Assembly (NCBI GenBank): GCA_013265495.1
Contig: MU058059.1
Span: 1,587,502 to 1,651,501, forward strand
Source: Vicugna vicugna
Lineage: Eukaryota
Length of the DNA: 64,000 bases
Reading direction: 5' to 3'
Positions 58,083 to 64,000 of this stretch are shown in pieces. The notes under the pieces were generated by a model. The model did no database searches. It was not told the origin of the DNA and saw nothing but the letters and a program-made list of their open reading frames with translations. Every line of letters starts with the position of its first letter. Within the stretch, counting starts at the first letter, position 1. The position numbers and the translations under genes were made by a program.

Positions 58083-61000
58083 CTTTCTAGTAACACATTA
58101 AAAAAAACAGTAGTCACTGTAGAATTGTTCCATGGTTTTATTTTCAAAAGCATTTCTATACCAGCTATCTACCATAGCTAACACAATTTTTTTGCCTTCT
58201 GACTTAAAATCATCACGTCTTCTTTTGTGCTGAAAGTCTTATTAATCAAAATTGCTTCACCAGTTAATGTCCAATTATAGAAGAGTTGAGAAAAATATGC
58301 TGTAGCTTCTTAATGGTATATGAAGCAATCGAAAATGTTGACCAAAAGACTGCCTTCAAAACAGTAAGTGGAAAAAAAGGAGGGTGTAAAATTATACGAC
58401 TGCTATGATGACCAACATGTGAAAAAACAGACTGGAATGAGAAGAGCAAAAATAAAACAGTCTTTATATTAGTAACTTGAAATTATGGATGGGTTTTTCC
58501 TTTACTTTTCTATCTTTTGTCATGTGACCTGATTACTTTTATACTTTATAATAAAATAATGCAGCACCCCAATGCTTTCCGTAACACACGTTAAAAACAA
58601 GCAAAGCATCCCTGTGGAGTCCGTTGTGACAGTGTTCATCTCGCATTTCTGTGAGAGAGTGAGTATGAAAGAAAAGGCTTAGAGTGTTCAGGAACATCAG
58701 GTAACATGAACAAAAACCTTTTAGAAAGAATGAGAAGCTAAGTCCTTCCATGAAAAAGTAATTTTTCCCTAACAGCTAAAATTGGCTGTCTGTGCTGAGA
58801 AAACAGTGGAGGGGCCAGGAGGAAACCTGAGACTGCTTACATTTCCACCGTGGAGGGACTTCTGACGGATGGGGGCTCCCCATCTGCCCCTTGGGCAGGC
58901 CTGCAGGAGCTCTGCCTAAATCAGGGGCCACCAGCCGATGTGACCCCTCGCCCCCACCCCAGCAGCTCTCTGGGTGGGGCCTGGCCCCAGCTGGGCTCGG
59001 GGCTCAGCAGGCTCTCCCCTCCGCGACTCCAGTCTTGTCCTCCTCTCCTCACTTCCCCTCCCTTTTCCTGACATCAATAGGTCAGTTCCTGGGCATTTTG
59101 GGAAACTAGTGAAAATGTCTCCTGCCATCGCTGAGCCCACCAGTCACAGAGGGACTTGGGCCATTTGTGGCGGCCAGTCATTGCCCAAAGTGGTGGTTAC
59201 ACAGGGGCTCCGGCTTCTGATCGTCTGATGTGAACTCTCAGCTTCCCCACTTAGCATGTCGGTCTCCCATCTGTAAAGCAGGGGTGACAATGACATTGTC
59301 TGTCTTCTAGGGCTCTTGTGAGGAATCAGCAGGCTACTATGGAAAGCACTGTCACGGTCGGTGATCCATGAAAAATAGCTACTCTCTCTACTTTCTTATG
59401 GAAGTTTCAGCTCAAGTTTCGTCCCTGAGATAGTAGCCTCAGTGAGCTTTTCTTGAGTCCTTTCATTAGCCTTTCAAGTCACTGTAGCCCTGCCTTCTCT
59501 CCCTGCCACTTCCGCCATCCCACTGGGTATTATGCTATTCCATAGAGGCGGGGAGACGTGGGCCTGATACACGTCTGTACCTTCACAGGTAGAAGAGGCC
59601 GCAGCTGTTTACCAAAAGCCAGTGAGAACCACCATTGGGCCCCGTCTAAACCCGTCTTTATTCTCTTCCTGGGAGGCCCCAGGACACTAGACAACCTGCC
59701 CAAAGTCTCTGCGGCAAAGTGGAGGATCTGAAGCACACATCACATTTGCCTATACACCAAAGTCTACATGTATCCCCACCCCAAAAAAAATATATATATA
59801 AAATTATTTTCCTTTTTTTTCCTTTTTAAGAGGATTGACTGAAATTCCAAGGAACTGGATATCAGCAAGGGAGGAATTAGGGTCACACCAGTGGCCCCCA
59901 TCTCTGTGCCTCTCAGGTCACACCACCTAAGGGACCTCCCAGACTGTCTCAGGGCAAAGTCTATACCTTGGGGACCAGGTGGTGCCCACACTGCCTGTGT
60001 GCGCATTGGGGGAAGGGCAGAGGAGACAGCCCAGCCATCTCTTCGCCACCTTACTTTACACAAAGCTAATTTCTTAAGACATTGAATATAAATCTTTGTA
60101 AATTAGATCATCTTTTCAACTGACATTTAATTTCAGCAACGTGTCCCACAAAGAGAAAGAAAGTGGTCCCAAGACCACAAAAGAATGCAGTAAACCATTT
60201 ACAATAATGCATTTAGACAAAAAGTATTATGAACTATTTTAACACAGCTAATTAAGTAAAATAGTGTGATAAAAATAGAGCAGAGACCACCAGAAACTGT
60301 GTAAAGAGGAAAATGATTCATTTCAGTGGAGTGACTCTAGGGATTTGAGAATGTCTATTTTTCTCTTTTCACCAAAATTAGCCTCAAAGGTCTATTCTTC
60401 CAACAACCCTCCCCCCTCCGCCCCCACCATGGTTCTAGAAGTTTCTCTCTCTCTCCCTTACTGGCCTCTTCGAAGACATCAGCTCCTCCAGCGTGGACCT
60501 CCTGCCCCAGCCTCCCGGATTCTCTGTGTGACTTGATACTAGGGAACACGAGCACATAGAAAAGCAAGACCTTGGCAGTTAGCTGTTTTAGTAAAGTAGG
60601 TGGATAAGAAGGAACTTTTTGCCCAAGATGGATTCCAAGAGGGATCTGACTAATGAGACTCGGGCTGGGGTCCCCAGGTAGTGAACTTGCTGCCTTCTGT
60701 GCCTCCCTGACCTGTTCTCTCACCTTGAACACTACCTCCCATCCTGTGTTCACCAGTTTGAACTGGAATGCTTCCTGAGGAATGGGGAGAGAGTTAAGGA
60801 AAGCAGGAGGCCAGAATGAAGTGGTTACATTCTAAAACATCAGTGTGGCTTGCATGCGTTGCGCTGTAAGTGGCAGTCAGGGCCCAGCTCAACCACTTAT
60901 CCCTTATTTTCTGGGAACTAGGCCTTGTCACTCAAGGTTTTGGATCTGTGAATAAAGGATAGAAGAGAGGAATTTCAACATACCGGGTATCACAGGATAT

Positions 61001-61589
61001 CAGAACCCCTCCTCTTGGGTGCAGTTTCCTGCATCAGGGCCAACACTGCTCAAAATGTGAAAATACCATCATTGGTACTGGAAATGAGAAATTAACCCCT
61101 GGGATTTGTTAGCCTCCACTTCTGAGCTGATTACCACCTGCCTCTGTTCTCGCCCATGGTCTCCACAGCCCGAGTCCCATAGCACAGCCCGTCCTCTGGG
61201 CCTGTCCCCCAACAGCATGGGCCACACTACCGCTCACACTTGAAAATTCCACTTCTCAGAGTCCACCAATTTCATCCAGGTGTCGGGAGAAAAACAGCTG
61301 ATTCATTCAATTCTTCCTTATATCCAAATGATTGATGACTACTAAACTCTCTAAGAACTCAATGCATTTTGGAAGTGGGTTGAGAACTGACCCACAAAAA
61401 CTTTTTCAGGTGGAACGAGAGAGAAAATGTGTCCCCAGGAAGCTAACCTGCCGGTAGGCCTGTCTGACTCCCAGGAGCCTTGGACACCTGTTGTTCTTTT
61501 CCTCTGCTGATGAGTCTGCAGTTTCTTCCCAAACTCCAGGTGACTTCCCCATCTAGTTCCAGTAAGTGGCAATGGGTAGACTTGCTCTT

Positions 61590-61712
61590 GTGTCACTATT
61601 TTGTAAATACCAACTGTCATCTCCCTGAGACTCAGTTTCTTCATCTTTAAAATGGGATTTAAGAATGTCTCCCAAAGCTTACTGCGAAGGTTGAAATAGT
61701 AGGTGCACAGAA
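61590..61712 (+). mobile_element. MIR SINE fragment
   Basis: CTCCCTGAGACTCAGTTTCTTCATCTTTAAAATGGGAT core. Confidence 0.65.
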
Positions 61713-61759
61713 GAGCATGTGATCCAAGCAGCTTCTTTTATGCCCCTGGGCAAGGATTA

Positions 61760-62065
61760 GGTCCAGGATTGGCTTTTGGGGATTTTTGTGGATCTGCTGG
61801 GAACAGAAGTTCCTTGCTATGAGGAACAAAAGGTCTGGAGCTGCCAGGGGCCACCAACAGGAATGCCCTCTAAAGAGTGAAGTTGACACAGAAGAAAGCA
61901 AAGCCAAGATGGAGAGAGAAAATGATGTCCCTGGATACTGGTTGATCGCCTGGATCCCAGCATGACACCAGACCTGCCCTTGACTTTCTGATTGTATGAA
62001 TCTAAGAATTCCTTTCTTCCTTTTCTAATTTTCTTAACTTAAGGGAGTTTGAATCCTAAGACTCA
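61760..62065 (+). mobile_element. MLT1 (ERVL-MaLR) LTR fragment
   Basis: GTCTGGAGCTGCCAGGGGCCACC...AGCAAAGCCAAGATGGAGAGAGA...CCTGGATCCCAGCATG...CCCTTGACTTTC...AATTCCTTT. Confidence 0.6.
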
Positions 62066-64000
62066 CATTCTTTTTGTGATTACAGTTTTTAGGAAAAAGA
62101 GGATGATGACCCCTGCAGCCCCCGGGTAGGTAAGTATAACTAAATATGTGCACTTAGCCGTGCTGATTTAAGTCAGTGTCTCTGAAATGTTCTTACTGAA
62201 GCCACCTACCAAATAGAAGAAAGTCAATGCTTCTGAGGTTTGCAACCCCCTTAAATGTTAAGCTCTGTGTAGTCTTGTGTTCTACTGTATAAAGTGGAGA
62301 TTTTGTATTCTGCTTGAAAATATAACCGTTGTGGTTTTTTTAAACATAAAAACATTCTTAAGTTGTAAGTTATCTGGCCTTCCTTTCTCCCCCACCCTCC
62401 TACGTGTTTGAGGAAAATTGATGCCATTTATCCTGTGGATGGCTTCATCTCCCAGAGGTCCATGCAACTAAATCTGAGAAGCACACACCAAAAGAAGCCA
62501 GGATGGGACAGCAGTGAGCTCAGTCCCGGGAGTGTCAACCCAGGAGTCTGTTCCTCTACCTAGAAGTTCACTTAAATGTGCAGATTTACTTGAAAAGGAG
62601 TAGATGTAAAGGGACATCCATTAGATACAGTTCCTGCAACAACACTGGTGTAGACAATCAGGTCCTACAGCATCCCTGCTGTGTGACAGGATGACGGAGT
62701 CCGGGCTCCGGGAGGGAGCGCTGGGGACTGTCACTGGAACTACAGAATTGCTTAAGAACATGATTCATTTCATCTCTCTGTCTTAACTTCTTCAGGACTC
62801 AAAGCAAAGAATGAGCAATATATAAATGAGAACAAGGAGTGATTAATCCTCAAAATTAGAGTTCTGCCCTTTCCTAGCAGTTATCTCATATCTTGGATAG
62901 TTGCCTCTTTGGCCTCCATTCCCTTTTTTTTTTTTCCTGTTTTTCAATCTTTTTTCCTTAATCTACCCTTTCTCTGTGAAGAGTTCATGCCGTGGCTAGC
63001 TAAGCACAGAGAAATCGAGTTGGAGGTAGAGAAGGTTACATCCTTCGTGAAGGATCCATGAATTTGGCCTCCTTTTGCATTTTAAGAACCGCACTTGGAT
63101 TTGCAAACCTTTCCAAGGTGGTGAAGTTTTCTGCTGGCAACCCTAACATTGGCTCGTCATGTGGTAAACACACAGCAGTAGCAAATGTTAACAACTTAAT
63201 GGAATCCTGGAGGTTGTGCTATTTTCAACTAAATAAATTAAAAAGTGGGGGAAGATGGAGTTAGGAGTCCTTTGGGGTCAACAGTGACATGATAAGCCTG
63301 CGAAAGGTTTACTTACATCTAAGCATTATCAAGAGAGAGCTACAGTCTGGGCCAAAAGATATAAAGATTTGAAAAAAATATATTAAGTTGAAATCTTTCA
63401 CTTAAAATGGAATAAATTGTACTTGGTATTTGGAAACTGCTGTTTCGGCCAAGATAAGGGTGCTAAGTTTTCCAAATGTGAGGGTGAGATAAAATGTGGA
63501 GACGTCTTGAGCTGTTGATGTATAATTTAGAAACCTGGAGCCAAAACTCAGTTTCTTGGAAGATGCTTGGTGAGGAAAAGATTTCTCTTGGCATAATATG
63601 CTCCATTTTTCTTAGGGAAAAATTAGAAAAAGAACAGGCTGAGGAGGGCCAGTTTGCATAAATGGGGCAGAGGCTGAAATGAAAAATAATAACCAGTCCA
63701 GCCTATTATTTTTTTATTTAACAGTATTTTTAATTTATTTTTATTTCAAAAAAGTCCTTTTTAGCTCCAACAAAGTGAGAAGGAGCAAGCAAAGAAAAAT
63801 GAAAAAATAATTTGATCAGAAATTATTTTAAAGCAAAAGCCCTATGAATTATAATCTGAGGGACTCTGGGAGGTCTTAATATTGTAGATTGATCATCATT
63901 AGCAATAGAGTAAGTAGGAAACTGAGTGCTGTAATGATAGCAAAATCCAAGTCCACCAAAACCCTGGACTGAAGAATAGAGGATGTTTAACTGGCGGGAG

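Noticed and set aside
1..64000. CRISPR arrays, operons or other prokaryotic systems
   Set aside because: The sequence is clearly mammalian repeat-rich DNA, with no repeat-spacer array or dense coding.

Overview
64 kb of mammalian non-coding DNA (intronic or intergenic), most likely from a camelid. The tRNA-derived SINE at 54117-54305 matches the camelid Vic-1 family as I recall it. I found no protein-coding exon I can support; the ORF track is explained by chance, simple repeats and repeat fragments. The window is mostly old repeats (MIR, L2, L1M, hAT-Charlie, Tigger, MLT/LTR16) plus younger L1 3' ends, two probable solo LTRs and a 3.1 kb deleted ERV1-type provirus. Three observations stand out. 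(1) A ~330-380 bp inverted duplication of apparently non-repetitive sequence (34245-34573 vs 35816-36152, ~90% identical, 1.24 kb spacer) has an identity gradient, and its mismatches are skewed toward G-U pairs on the minus strand. (2) A U6 snRNA/L1 chimeric retrocopy has a perfect 16-bp TSD (18670-18951). (3) The provirus LTRs agree in U3 but not in U5, and its leader holds a duplicated ETS/GC-box module with CCAAT and E-box motifs. Repeat family names come from recalled consensus sequences, not a database search. Old-repeat boundaries are approximate and all counts were made by hand.
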